A stretch of 63,816 nt of DNA, filler included, from Candidatus Rokuibacteriota bacterium (GTDB taxonomy: Bacteria; JAUVQV01; DATDCY01), in assembly GCA_031406795.1 (NCBI GenBank). It is 7 parts of 7 records of this genome, joined end to end, with 100 filler letters (N's around TTAATTAATTAA, not from the genome) between each part and the next. Parts side by side here need not be neighbours in the genome. Positions count along the whole stretch, not along the records: positions 1 to 6,819 come from JANOHV010000046.1; positions 6,920 to 25,570 come from JANOHV010000084.1; 5 more parts are not named here. One strand, 5' to 3'. Position 1 is the stretch's first letter. Every line of letters starts with the position of its first letter. Shown here in pieces: positions 1 to 9,314 of the stretch. Below the pieces are notes generated by a model. The model did no database searches and was not told where the DNA came from. It worked only from the letters and a program-made list of their open reading frames with translations. The translations under genes were made by a program, and so were the position numbers.

Positions 1-1835
1 AGCATGTCCGTGCGGTCGATGACCTGGAACATCACGAGGTGGAGGTGGATCGGGTGGGCGTCGACCGTGAAGTTGTTGATCTCCCAGATCTCCGTGCTGC
101 CGAAGGCCGGGGTTTCCGTGATCGGGTCCATGAAGTTCATCGGAACGCCGACTCCGTTCACCACGGTGCCGAGCCTGGCGGAGACCGGACCCATCTCCAT
201 GCCGGTCGGGCCGCAGTTGGGCGGCGTCAGCCCCGGCAGGTAGGCCATCGTGACCGCGTCCACGCAGACGAGCGAGGACATGTCCTCGTTCAGGCTCACC
301 TGCCGCGTCGGCGCGCCGACTTCGCTGATCGGGGTGATCGCCGGGAATGCGAGCGTGGCCAGCGGGGGCGTGTCGACCGAGTTCAGCCGCACGACCCGGA
401 ACTGCATCACCTGGCCCGTCGTCGAGGGGTCGGCACGGTCGATCGGGGCGATCGGGAAGCCGCCGAACGGGGAGTCGGGGCCGAGGTTCCTCATCGTGAC
501 CGTGGCCCCGACCTTCATCTTCGAGAAGTCGATGATCACGTCCGCCCGCTCGGCCGGGCCGACGAGAAGCTGCGGGAGCCGCACCGGAGCCGGCAGGAAC
601 CCGCCTTCCGAGCCGATCTGGGTGACCTTGACGTTCATGTTGTTGAGGGCGAGCACGAGGAACCGCGAGTCGGAGCCGTTGAGAATGCGGAAGCGGTACT
701 TGCGCGGCTCGACGTTGAGGAAGGGCCAGGTCTTCCCGTTCACGACCATCGTGTTGCCGAAGAACTCCGGGTTGTGCATCGGGGCGACGTCGCTCGGGAA
801 GAACGCGTCCCCGATGTACGGACCGAGGAAGCCGTCGAAGAAGGCCCGGGTGTCCGGGTAGAAGAGCGAGCCGTTCGCGTTGAACGACCGGTCCTGGATG
901 ACCAGCGGGATCTCATACTTGCCGCGGGGAAGAGCGGTTGCGGGGAGATCATCGGCTCCGCCGCGCACGAGGTAGAACCCCGCCGGCCCCGCGTAGACGT
1001 TCGTGCGGGTCATGCCGAGCGTGTGGTCGTGGAACCAGAGGGTCGTGGCGCGCTGATCGTTGCGATACTGATAGAGCGCCTCCCCGGGGATTACGAGCGC
1101 GCCCGGGATCTGGCTCTGATTGAAGGTCGACCCCACGGTCGCGTACGTCGGATCGATGTTGTTCGCCGCCGGCAGGAACCAGGCGGTGGGGTAGCCGTCG
1201 CTGTGGTCCTCCACGTGCGCGCCGTGCAGGTGCGGGACCGACGGCACGGGGCCGCTGTAGGGGAGCTGGCTGAGGCCGCGGCAGTCGGGCATCGGCATTC
1301 CCGGCATCGGGTTGATGCAATCCTGCGGCGGGTTCGCCCAGTGCAGCGTCTGGTCCACCGGAAGCAGATGGGGCAGGAAATTGCAGGCCGGGTCGGTGGC
1401 CGGGCTCGCCGATGCCGCGCAGGCATCCGGGTTGACGACCAGCTGGTTCACCCACTTGACCCGCAGCGGCTTGTTGTACGCGGCTTCGATCGAAAGCGAC
1501 GGGTAGCTGAACGTCGCCGGGTTGGTCAAGGACCCGTACCCCCAGACCGTCGTCTTGGGGAGAGCCTTGTTCCTGGTGGACTTGGAGGAGAGCACCTGCT
1601 GTTTGAACTGCCGCAGGCCGATCTCGTAGTAGTCGATGCCCTGTCCGGCCAGGACGGGATCAGGTGTCTGCGGCATGACGCCCGGGATGGGCAGCGGGTC
1701 GACGAACTTGGCGATCGACAGGGGATTGAGCGTTCCTCCCGGCAGTGGCGCCGCGGAGCTTGAGGCGGACAATGCCGTCGCGACGAGTACCGCGGCCAGG
1801 ACAACAAAGCCAGGAACTTTTCTCGGTGAACTCAT
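1..1835 (-). CDS. Secreted multicopper oxidase (CotA/bilirubin oxidase-like), 3' end runs off the window; absent from the ORF track
   Basis: ATG at 1835 with GGAGG RBS; translation MSSPRKVPGFVVLAAVLVATALSASSSAAPLPGG (signal peptide); copper motifs VPHLHG, TLWFHDHTLG and AHPIHLH. Confidence 0.9.
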   Translation of the reverse strand, partial: MSSPRKVPGFVVLAAVLVATALSASSSAAPLPGGTLNPLSIAKFVDPLPIPGVMPQTPDPVLAGQGIDYYEIGLRQFKQQVLSSKSTRNKALPKTTVWGYGSLTNPATFSYPSLSIEAAYNKPLRVKWVNQLVVNPDACAASASPATDPACNFLPHLLPVDQTLHWANPPQDCINPMPGMPMPDCRGLSQLPYSGPVPSVPHLHGAHVEDHSDGYPTAWFLPAANNIDPTYATVGSTFNQSQIPGALVIPGEALYQYRNDQRATTLWFHDHTLGMTRTNVYAGPAGFYLVRGGADDLPATALPRGKYEIPLVIQDRSFNANGSLFYPDTRAFFDGFLGPYIGDAFFPSDVAPMHNPEFFGNTMVVNGKTWPFLNVEPRKYRFRILNGSDSRFLVLALNNMNVKVTQIGSEGGFLPAPVRLPQLLVGPAERADVIIDFSKMKVGATVTMRNLGPDSPFGGFPIAPIDRADPSTTGQVMQFRVVRLNSVDTPPLATLAFPAITPISEVGAPTRQVSLNEDMSSLVCVDAVTMAYLPGLTPPNCGPTGMEMGPVSARLGTVVNGVGVPMNFMDPITETPAFGSTEIWEINNFTVDAHPIHLHLVMFQVIDRTDM

Positions 1836-2008
1836 TTCCTTCCTCCTTGGTTGGCACCGTTTGTCTCGATGCTCTTCTGCCATGCCGCTTTGCATCTGGC
1901 GCGATGCATCGTCCCCTTCTTGCTTCCAGGCATATCCCCACAGATCATCTCCATTCGCGCCCACGAAGAGATGGTTGAATCAGCTGCTTCTCCCGACGGA
2001 CACCCGCG

Positions 2009-5000
2009 CTACCGCAGCGTGCCTCCCAGCGGGATGGTCCCGTCGAACCCGAACGTCGTCTGAGAGAACCCCTCCGTGCTCTTGAACAGGTACCAGTTGC
2101 CGCCGGTCGGATAGTAGACGCCGTAGTCATCGCGACCGTCACCGTCGAAGTCCCCGACAACCGGTTCCGTTCCCGCGTAGCCGAACGTCGTCTGCGAGAA
2201 GCCTTCCGTGCTCTTGAAGAGGTACCAGTTGCCGCCCGCCGGATAGTAGACGCCGATGTCGTCCCGACCGTCCCCGTCGAAGTCCCCGACCACCGGGATC
2301 GTGCCTGCGTAGCCGAACGCCGTCTGGAAGAAGCCTTCGGTGCTCTTGAACCGGTACCAGTTGCCGCCGGCCGGATAGTAAACGCCCAAGTCATCCCGGC
2401 CGTCCCCGTCGAAGTCCCCCACCACCGGGATCGTTCCTTCGAAACCGAACTGTGTCTGAAAGAACCCCTGGGCGCTCTTGAAAAGGTTCCAGTTGCCACC
2501 GATCTGATCGTAGACGCCGATGTCATCCCGGCCGTCCCCGTCGAAGTCGCCGACCACCGGGATCGTCCCTTCGTAGCCAAAGCCCGTCTCCTGGTGTCCT
2601 TCGGCGGTCTTCGAGAGGAACCACTTCCCGTGCTGATCGTCGTAGACCCCGATGTCATCCCGGCCGTCCCCGTCGAAGTCGGCCGCCACGGGGAGGGTTC
2701 CGGTGTAACCGAACTGCGTCTGACCAAACCCCTCCGTGCTCTTGAAGAGGTACCAACCGCCGCTGTCGGCGTGATAGGCGCCGATGTCCGTGCGGCCGTC
2801 ACCGTCGAAATCGTTCTTCGCGGCGTTTGCGCGGATCTGCTCCGTCACCTGCGGCGCGGCGTTGATGTTGCCGTCGCCGGCCTGGTCGAACGCCACCAGA
2901 CAGTCGCCGCTTGTAGCGGTCATCGTGACGGTCCCTGAACCCGTGCCGACGCCGCTGCACGCACCCGAGGCCGTGATCGCAACCGGCAAGCCGGATGTCG
3001 CCCTCGCCGACACCATGAAGCTGTCGCCGCGCCGCGCCCGCGCCGGGACGTGGTTGATCACGCTGATCGTCTGGGCGGAATTGAACGCGATGGCCGTCGA
3101 GAGCGCCGACCGGTTCCCCTCCGCGTCTGTGGCGCTCACGGCGATGGTATTGGATCCCGACTGAAAATTGGAGATCGACACGCTCCAATTCGTACCGCCG
3201 GCAATGACGACCGCTCCGGCCGTTACGGGAGGGGTCACCACCACCACCGGCACGATGCCGGCTTCGACCGTTCCGGAGACGATCTGCGTCGGCACGCCGG
3301 TCGGAGAGGCGACGGGATTGATGGTCAGAGCGGGCGCGCGCCAGTCCACGGTGATGCTCGTCGAGAGCGAGGTCAGGAGCCCTGCCGCGTCGACCGCGCT
3401 GACGGTGATGGTATTGTCCCCCTGCTGAAGATTCGAGACAAGCGAACTCCACGAGCTGCCCGAGACGAACGGCAGCGTGGCGGTCACCGGGAACGCGACC
3501 GTCACCACCGGCACGATTCCCGCCTCCACCGCGCCGGAGATGCTCTGCGTGGTCGTCGCGGTCGGGGATGCGACGGGGTTGAGGGTCAGCGACGGCGGCG
3601 TCGAATCGAGGGTGATGGTAACCGTCGCCGTCGTCAGAACGCCCAGAAGGTCGACGACGGTTGCCGTGACGACGTTCGCACCGTCGGCGAGCCCCGTCAC
3701 AAGAACATTCCAGTCAGCGTCGATCACGTTCACCCCGGCGACCGGGGTTCCATTGACCGTGATCGTCGGCGTCAATCCCGCCTCCACGGTGCCGGTGACG
3801 ACCTGGGTGGGGATCGAAGTCGGGGAGAGAACGGCGTTGATCATCAGGGTCGCCGACGGCGCCGGCACGCCGTCGGCGTCCGTGGCGGGCAGCCGGGTCA
3901 GGATTTCCGGCTCACCCTCCGGGAGGAGCAACTCCGGATGGTCGAAGGGAGCGGACTCGGCGGCAACCCGCGGGTCGGTCAGCGTTTTCATGAAGGCGAT
4001 CATGGCGGCGTGCATCGCCTCCTGGCCCTGGAGAAGGGGGAGCCCCCGGAAGATGACCGGGTCGATGTCGGCAAGATTATCGATGGGGAAGTTGCCGCCC
4101 CGTGTGTAGAAATCCATCACCCCATCGAGCGTCAGATCGCTGCCGTTGTGGAAGTAGGGGGCGGTGAGCTCGATGTTGCGCAGCGTCGGGGCCTTGAAGG
4201 CACCTTCTGCCGTCACGAGAAGACCAGGTGGGGTGAGCGGCGGAAAGAGCGGCGTGGCGAAGGGCAGACGGCTCTGATTCCACAGCTCGGCACGCCGCGA
4301 AAAGGAGAGCGGATACTGCGCGCCGGTCCGCGGATTCACGAAAGGCGTGGTTCCCCCCTGGCCGATGTCCTCCGTCGTCGGTCTGACGGCGGTGTTGTTG
4401 AAGCCGGTGTCGTAAATGGACGGCGCGCCGTTGGCGGTGAACATTATGTCGAATGCGCGGTTGTCGATGTTGTCCAGGAAGGCAACGCCATCGGCTGAGG
4501 CATTCGTGAAAACAGTACCGTCGTGGCACCCGGTGCATTCGCCGATGCCGGCGAAGAGCTGGAAGCCGGTCTGCTCCTGAGCAGTGAGTGCCGCGGGATC
4601 TCCGGCGAGCCATTGATCGAAGGGTGACTGATCGGAGACCAGGGTCGCCACATAGAGCTGGATCGCGAGTCCCCAGTACAGGGAGAAATTGGCTTCCATC
4701 TGGGTGTTGCCATCCGGCGTGAGATTGGCTGAGTTCCAGAGATTGTTCTGGAACGCGGCCTGGATCATCTGGGCATAGGTCGCGTTCAGCCCGTTCGCGC
4801 CGGAGATGCCCCCGCCCGGCAGGCTGGTTGCTCGGGAGAGAAGACCGAGCACGCTGTCGCCGGGGTGGACGACCTGACGGCCGAGCGGGGACAGACTCAG
4901 CATCTTTCGACCCAGCAGCGGGAAGGTGCGGCCCGCCGCGGACATCTCCGTGTCGTCGAGCGCCGGCCCGGTCGCCTGGGAGGCGAGGCTCGCGAACGGG

Positions 5001-5800
5001 ATGGCCACCCGCTGTTTGACAATGGTGCCTCCCTGGTTAAACCAGACGCCGGCGTCGGGATCGGCGGGGCCGAAGGGATTCACGCCGTTGAAGACATAAA
5101 AGGCCCGCCCGTCCCAGAACTGGTTGAAGTTGAAGATCGCGTTGATCACCGACGGGGACTGACGAGCGGTCACACGCCGCACGTTGAAGGTCGGATCCTC
5201 AACGGCTGGGTCGGGGGCGATGTTGAACACGGGATCCCAGACTGGCGTCACGGTGTCCACGGCGGAGCCGCGCACGACACTCACGAACGCCGCCCGCCGG
5301 ACGCCCTGGGAGCCGACGACATCGTTGGTGTCGGTAATGATGGGGGAGAATCGCGAGTCCGGCGGGTTCGCCCGCCGATGCAGCGGGAAATCGGTGTCGA
5401 GCAGGGTGTAATTCGGTCCGAACTGCGGAAAATCCGGCATGCCGGGGATGAGGTTGTTTCCGAAGACCGGGTCCCCTCCGGGGATCAGAGTATCCCTCGT
5501 CCCGGGGTTCAGCGTATTCTTGCGACGATTGTCGGCTCCGGCATGGAAATGGCAGGTCGCACAGGCCGTCAGGCCGTCACTGCCGACCTGCATGTCCCAG
5601 AAGAAGGCTTTGCCAAGGCGGATCGCGGCTGCCTTGTTCTTGACGAACTGCGCGAGATTGGGGGGTTCCGGAACGAAGACCTGATTCAGCGGAACGAAAC
5701 CGCGCGGGATGATGACCTGCCCCCAGGCAACGACCGCGGATACCAGACAAAGCACGAGGGCGCTCGCTACAATCGGCAGGGCCGGCACAGATCTTTTCAT
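2009..5800 (-). CDS. Large secreted di-heme cytochrome c peroxidase/MauG-superfamily protein with three Ig-like repeats and a C-terminal FG-GAP beta-propeller
   Basis: Signal peptide MKRSVPALPIVASALVLCLVSAVVAWG; LGKAFFWD, CATCH, FWDGRA, CTGCH, FKAPTLRNIELTAPYFHNG; DFDGDGRDD repeats. Confidence 0.88.
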   Translation of the reverse strand: MKRSVPALPIVASALVLCLVSAVVAWGQVIIPRGFVPLNQVFVPEPPNLAQFVKNKAAAIRLGKAFFWDMQVGSDGLTACATCHFHAGADNRRKNTLNPGTRDTLIPGGDPVFGNNLIPGMPDFPQFGPNYTLLDTDFPLHRRANPPDSRFSPIITDTNDVVGSQGVRRAAFVSVVRGSAVDTVTPVWDPVFNIAPDPAVEDPTFNVRRVTARQSPSVINAIFNFNQFWDGRAFYVFNGVNPFGPADPDAGVWFNQGGTIVKQRVAIPFASLASQATGPALDDTEMSAAGRTFPLLGRKMLSLSPLGRQVVHPGDSVLGLLSRATSLPGGGISGANGLNATYAQMIQAAFQNNLWNSANLTPDGNTQMEANFSLYWGLAIQLYVATLVSDQSPFDQWLAGDPAALTAQEQTGFQLFAGIGECTGCHDGTVFTNASADGVAFLDNIDNRAFDIMFTANGAPSIYDTGFNNTAVRPTTEDIGQGGTTPFVNPRTGAQYPLSFSRRAELWNQSRLPFATPLFPPLTPPGLLVTAEGAFKAPTLRNIELTAPYFHNGSDLTLDGVMDFYTRGGNFPIDNLADIDPVIFRGLPLLQGQEAMHAAMIAFMKTLTDPRVAAESAPFDHPELLLPEGEPEILTRLPATDADGVPAPSATLMINAVLSPTSIPTQVVTGTVEAGLTPTITVNGTPVAGVNVIDADWNVLVTGLADGANVVTATVVDLLGVLTTATVTITLDSTPPSLTLNPVASPTATTTQSISGAVEAGIVPVVTVAFPVTATLPFVSGSSWSSLVSNLQQGDNTITVSAVDAAGLLTSLSTSITVDWRAPALTINPVASPTGVPTQIVSGTVEAGIVPVVVVTPPVTAGAVVIAGGTNWSVSISNFQSGSNTIAVSATDAEGNRSALSTAIAFNSAQTISVINHVPARARRGDSFMVSARATSGLPVAITASGACSGVGTGSGTVTMTATSGDCLVAFDQAGDGNINAAPQVTEQIRANAAKNDFDGDGRTDIGAYHADSGGWYLFKSTEGFGQTQFGYTGTLPVAADFDGDGRDDIGVYDDQHGKWFLSKTAEGHQETGFGYEGTIPVVGDFDGDGRDDIGVYDQIGGNWNLFKSAQGFFQTQFGFEGTIPVVGDFDGDGRDDLGVYYPAGGNWYRFKSTEGFFQTAFGYAGTIPVVGDFDGDGRDDIGVYYPAGGNWYLFKSTEGFSQTTFGYAGTEPVVGDFDGDGRDDYGVYYPTGGNWYLFKSTEGFSQTTFGFDGTIPLGGTLR
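2030..2815 (-). repeat. Six tandem 132-bp (44-aa) FG-GAP/VCBS coding repeats
   Basis: Repeated GDFDGDGRDDIGVYYPAGGNWYLFKSTEGFxQTxFGY unit. Confidence 0.9.
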
Positions 5801-5904
5801 TGCAGCCCGCACTCCAGAAGTTCCCGGCCTGGTTCCTTCCATATAATCCGTCTCCCTCACCCTCTCCGTCTGGTTCCGTGGCGCGTATGCGCCGGTTCCG
5901 ATGG

Positions 5905-6138
5905 CTACCCGTAGGCCTCGGCTGCGAGGGCGTCCGCACCGGCGCCGCCGTGGTGGTGCGCGTAGATCTCGCACTTCTCGAAATCGCCGCCACAGTAGTC
6001 GATGGCCTTTTCCACTTCCGCGCTCCCCAAGCCCTTGATGTAACAGTCGTCGAAGGGCGTCTCCAGATGCGGACATCGCCTTTTTGGGCCAAGCGCCGTC
6101 ACGTAAGCAACCTGCCTTTCGATGAACGTTCGTCTCAT
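5905..6138 (-). CDS. Small (77 aa) four-cysteine hypothetical protein
   Basis: ATG at 6138; CPHLETPFDDCYIKG...YCGGDFEKCEIY; lies between the sigma54 activator and the di-heme gene. Confidence 0.6.
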   Translation of the reverse strand: MRRTFIERQVAYVTALGPKRRCPHLETPFDDCYIKGLGSAEVEKAIDYCGGDFEKCEIYAHHHGGAGADALAAEAYG

Positions 6139-6259
6139 GGTCCTTACAAGAATCGAGCCAGCGCGGAACCCTACGGCCGAGCAACCATTTGTTCCTGGAA
6201 AAACAATGAGTTCGAAGAAGCGACGCCGTTTGCAGCCAGGAAGTTGATCGAGCAGCGGA

Positions 6260-6273
6260 TGTGGCATGCCACA
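6260..6273. promoter_or_regulatory. Perfect 14-bp palindrome TGTGGCATGCCACA, candidate activator binding site
   Basis: Intergenic palindrome downstream of a bEBP gene and upstream of the small Cys gene. Confidence 0.35.
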
Positions 6274-6350
6274 GGTATGGGGCGCCACACAAGTGCTGCC
6301 TTTCAGGAAGATTATCGACGTGTGGCGGGACGGTCAGCTGAAGCGCAGAT

Positions 6351-6819
6351 TCACTCCGCGGGTCCATCCGGGAGGTGGTGCTTCTCCATCTTTCGATATA
6401 GGGTCTTCCGGTCGATTCCCAGTACCCTCGCCGCCCGCGCCTTGTTTCCGGCGGTCCTCTGCAGCGCCGCGAGGATCTTTCGGGCCTCGTCCCCCTGATG
6501 CAAAGGCGCAACGGCTGGAGTGGCGCCGTCGCCGCCCCTGAGCTGTGATGGCAGATGCTCGAGGCAGATCGTCCCGCCGGGACAGAATACCAATGCGTGT
6601 TCGAGGGCGTTCTGAAGCTCTCTGACGTTCCCGGGCCAGGGGTAGCCCGCGAGGAGGTGCTCCACGTCCGAGGAGAGCCCGGTGATCTCCTTGTTCAGCC
6701 TCGCGACGAGCTTCCTGATGAAATGCCGCACCAGAAGGGTGATATCCCCGCCGCGTTCCTTGAGGGGCGGGAGAGAGATCTCCACGACCTTGAGGCGGTA
6801 GTAAAGGTCCTCCCTGAAG
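6351..6819 (-). CDS. Sigma54-dependent transcriptional activator (NtrC/Fis family), C-terminal part, 5' truncated by contig end
   Basis: FREDLYYRLKVVEISLPPLKER, YPWPGNVRELQN, Fis HTH GNKARAARVLGIDRKTLYRK. Confidence 0.92.
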
Positions 6820-6919
6820 NNNNNNNNNNNNNNNNNNNNNNNNNNNNNNNNNNNNNNNNNNNNTTAATTAATTAANNNNNNNNNNNNNNNNNNNNNNNNN
6901 NNNNNNNNNNNNNNNNNNN
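6820..6919. other. Artificial contig spacer (N44-TTAATTAATTAA-N44)
   Basis: N run with six-frame stop linker, repeated identically six times in the window. Confidence 0.98.
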
Positions 6920-7421
6920 AGTCGAACCACTACCGTGCGGACAATTTCCCGCTCACGGTTCAACATGCCGATTACCGTACACAAACACCAAGCGGGTGTC
7001 CAGAGACAAATAATGCTGAGCTTTAGTAATTCCTTAGATCAGTGGATGACAGGGCCCTGCTCCTGCCCCGATCCGCGCGCACGCGCGGATCCAGCAGCAG
7101 AGGAAGCATTTCAACCGCGGAAAAAGCTGGACTTGTTGCAGGAAGCACGGCGTGGCAGAGGTCAAGCATCGCTTGAAGCATGCATTGCGATCAGATATGA
7201 GCAACGACGTGGATAAACCGGACCAGGTGACAAGCCTGACTTTCCTGATCCGCGCGTTACGCGCGGATTTGGGTCCTGCTTCAATTCAACGCGTCAGAAG
7301 CGACAAGTAGCACAATCCAACGCACCGCGTCGAAAAACCTCGCAGCCAAGGCTCGTGGACACTTGCCAGCGCGCGGCGCTCGTCCTACACTGTGCCGGCA
7401 AGCTCAATCACGGGAGGCGAT

Positions 7422-8456
7422 ATGAAGGCTGGCGAGCGGGGTTCACGGGTCGAAATCCTTGTCGCCGACGACGAGTCGAGCATCGCCGAATCGCTGCGGG
7501 CTTTCCTCGACGGGATCGGCTACCTGGTGTCGACCGCGGCCGACGGGCGCGAAGCGCTGGCCATCTTCCGCAAGCGCCTGATGCCCCTCGTCATCAGCGA
7601 CATCAACATGCCCCTGCTGGGCGGGCACGAGTTGCTGCGCGAAATCAAGTCCCTGGCCCCCGAGACCGAGGTGATCATCGTCACGGGGTTCGCCACGGTC
7701 GATGGAGCGGTCAAGGCGATCAAGGATGGGGCGTACGACTACATCATCAAGCCGTTCCGGATCGCGACCATCCAGCACACCGTCGAGAAGGCGCTCAATC
7801 ACCGCGCGCTCATTCTCGAGAACCTGCGCCTGCAGGAGAACTCGCTGAACGTGCTGCGCACGATGGTCAACGTGCTCGAGCAGCGCGACTCCTACACGGC
7901 CGGCCACTCGCGGCGGGTCACGGAGATCGCCATGGCCATCTCCGCCCGGCTGGACCAGTCCGAGGAGGAGGCCAAGACGCTGCGGCTGGCCGGGATGATT
8001 CACGACGTCGGCAAAATCGGCATCGAGGACACGATTCTGCGCAAACCCGGGCGACTCACCGACGAGGAGTTCGCGATGATCCGCACCCACCCCGAGCGCG
8101 GGGTGCAGATCATCGAACCGCTGGACTTCCTCAAGGGGGCGTTGCCGATCGTCAGGCACCACCACGAGTGCTTCGACGGCACCGGCTACCCGCTCGGGCT
8201 CAAGGGCGAGGCGATTCCGCTCGGGGCGCGAATCGTGGCGATCGCCGACACCTACGACGCGATCACCTCGTCGCGGGCTTATCGCCGGGCCCGGGGGCAG
8301 GAGGCGGCCTTGTCGGAGATCGAGCGCTGTTCGGGCACCCAGTTCGATCCCGAACTTGCCGCGCTCTTCATCCAGATCTGCCGCCCGCCGGGCGGCGGTT
8401 GCGCGCCATTCAATTTCGAAGACGCTGAGCAGCCCGATGCGGCGCTGCTCCCGTGA
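7422..8456 (+). CDS. Response regulator with HD-GYP c-di-GMP phosphodiesterase domain (RpfG-like)
   Basis: REC domain (ILVADDE, VISDINMP, YIIKPF); HDVGKIG, HHECFDGTGYP; GGAGG RBS. Confidence 0.93.
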   Translation: MKAGERGSRVEILVADDESSIAESLRAFLDGIGYLVSTAADGREALAIFRKRLMPLVISDINMPLLGGHELLREIKSLAPETEVIIVTGFATVDGAVKAIKDGAYDYIIKPFRIATIQHTVEKALNHRALILENLRLQENSLNVLRTMVNVLEQRDSYTAGHSRRVTEIAMAISARLDQSEEEAKTLRLAGMIHDVGKIGIEDTILRKPGRLTDEEFAMIRTHPERGVQIIEPLDFLKGALPIVRHHHECFDGTGYPLGLKGEAIPLGARIVAIADTYDAITSSRAYRRARGQEAALSEIERCSGTQFDPELAALFIQICRPPGGGCAPFNFEDAEQPDAALLP

Positions 8457-8559
8457 GCCGCCGGCCGACGGGGCGGCTCGAACCGCGTTGGGGCGATGAC
8501 GGTCGCCGCGAGGACGCGGGTGGACAACACGGTCTGACCGATAACGCAGGAGAACCGCG

Positions 8560-8811
8560 ATGGCACTGACGACGCTGCAGAAGAACCTGGTGTTTTTCGG
8601 GGGGGCGCTGCTGATGGTGGGCACCCTGACGTTCCTCGCCGGGGCGAGGAAGACGCGCTACGTGCCTCAGGACGAGAACCACCCCCGGCCCCTTGCGGTT
8701 ACCCTGTGCCGCGACTGCCACGCGCCGGGCAAGTCAGCGCCGCAGGCGGCGAAGCATCCGCCCAAGGATCAGTGCATGCTCTGTCACCGCGACGGGGCGA
8801 AGACGCCCTAG
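8560..8811 (+). CDS. Small membrane-anchored or exported di-heme cytochrome c
   Basis: Hydrophobic N-terminus; CRDCH and CMLCH; AGGAG RBS. Confidence 0.8.
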   Translation: MALTTLQKNLVFFGGALLMVGTLTFLAGARKTRYVPQDENHPRPLAVTLCRDCHAPGKSAPQAAKHPPKDQCMLCHRDGAKTP

Positions 8812-8825
8812 CCCGGCCGGCCCCG

Positions 8826-9092
8826 TCAGGTCCACTCCTTAACGACCTTGATCGTCTCGATCGAGGTCTTGCTGATCACCATGAACGGGAAGGCGTCGCC
8901 CGAGGCGACGTCCTTGGCGTCCTTGAGGTTGATGAACTGCTCCATGCGCGTCAGCACCTCCGAGAGGCGTTTGTCGGGGTATGGCGAGTAAAACATGCCC
9001 TCGTACTCGGCGCTTGCCGTGCGGATGCGCACCAGATACTTGCGCGACTGCGACCCCGACGACGACGACTCTACGACGATCTTCGGCTTCAT
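8826..9092 (-). CDS. Small hypothetical protein (DUF6812-like)
   Basis: AAGGAG RBS, coding-like codon bias, RLSEVL...FINLKDA...FMVISK pattern. Confidence 0.6.
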   Translation of the reverse strand: MKPKIVVESSSSGSQSRKYLVRIRTASAEYEGMFYSPYPDKRLSEVLTRMEQFINLKDAKDVASGDAFPFMVISKTSIETIKVVKEWT

Positions 9093-9314
9093 GCCGCTCT
9101 CCTTGCGCAGTGCTTGTGCCCAGACTCCGCTGCCGGCGATGCTACCGCCTTACGGCGCGGCTGACAAGGGGTGCGGACCCCCGTTCCGCGCCCACGCGCG
9201 GAACCGTGTGGCAGCGAATGTCTCCGGGACTTGATTTCCGCGCTACTCAGTGCTTCGCAGTCAGAGGTCCTTGCTCCGCCGTGCCTTGCGCGCGGATTTT
9301 GGCTGCCCACGAAG

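Noticed and set aside
39-1763. 574-aa plus-strand ORF and similar long antisense ORFs (e.g. 16205-18175, 40266-42473, 57080-59410, 59437-62079)
   Set aside because: Shadow ORFs caused by high-GC codon bias opposite clearly identifiable genes
2030-2815. Regular 132-bp repeats as a possible CRISPR array
   Set aside because: In-frame FG-GAP coding repeats without unique spacers, and no cas genes
5801-6511. N-terminal 237 aa of the 1500-aa ORF
   Set aside because: Overlaps the activator gene and the small Cys ORF in other frames; the signal peptide begins at ATG 5800
6935-7216. 93-aa plus-strand ORF
   Set aside because: Atypical codon usage, no motif, and it spans a palindrome-containing regulatory region
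9107-9121. GG-N10-GC sigma54-like sequence upstream of the DUF6812-like gene
   Set aside because: The implied start site would fall downstream of the RBS, only a few bases before the ATG; probably chance
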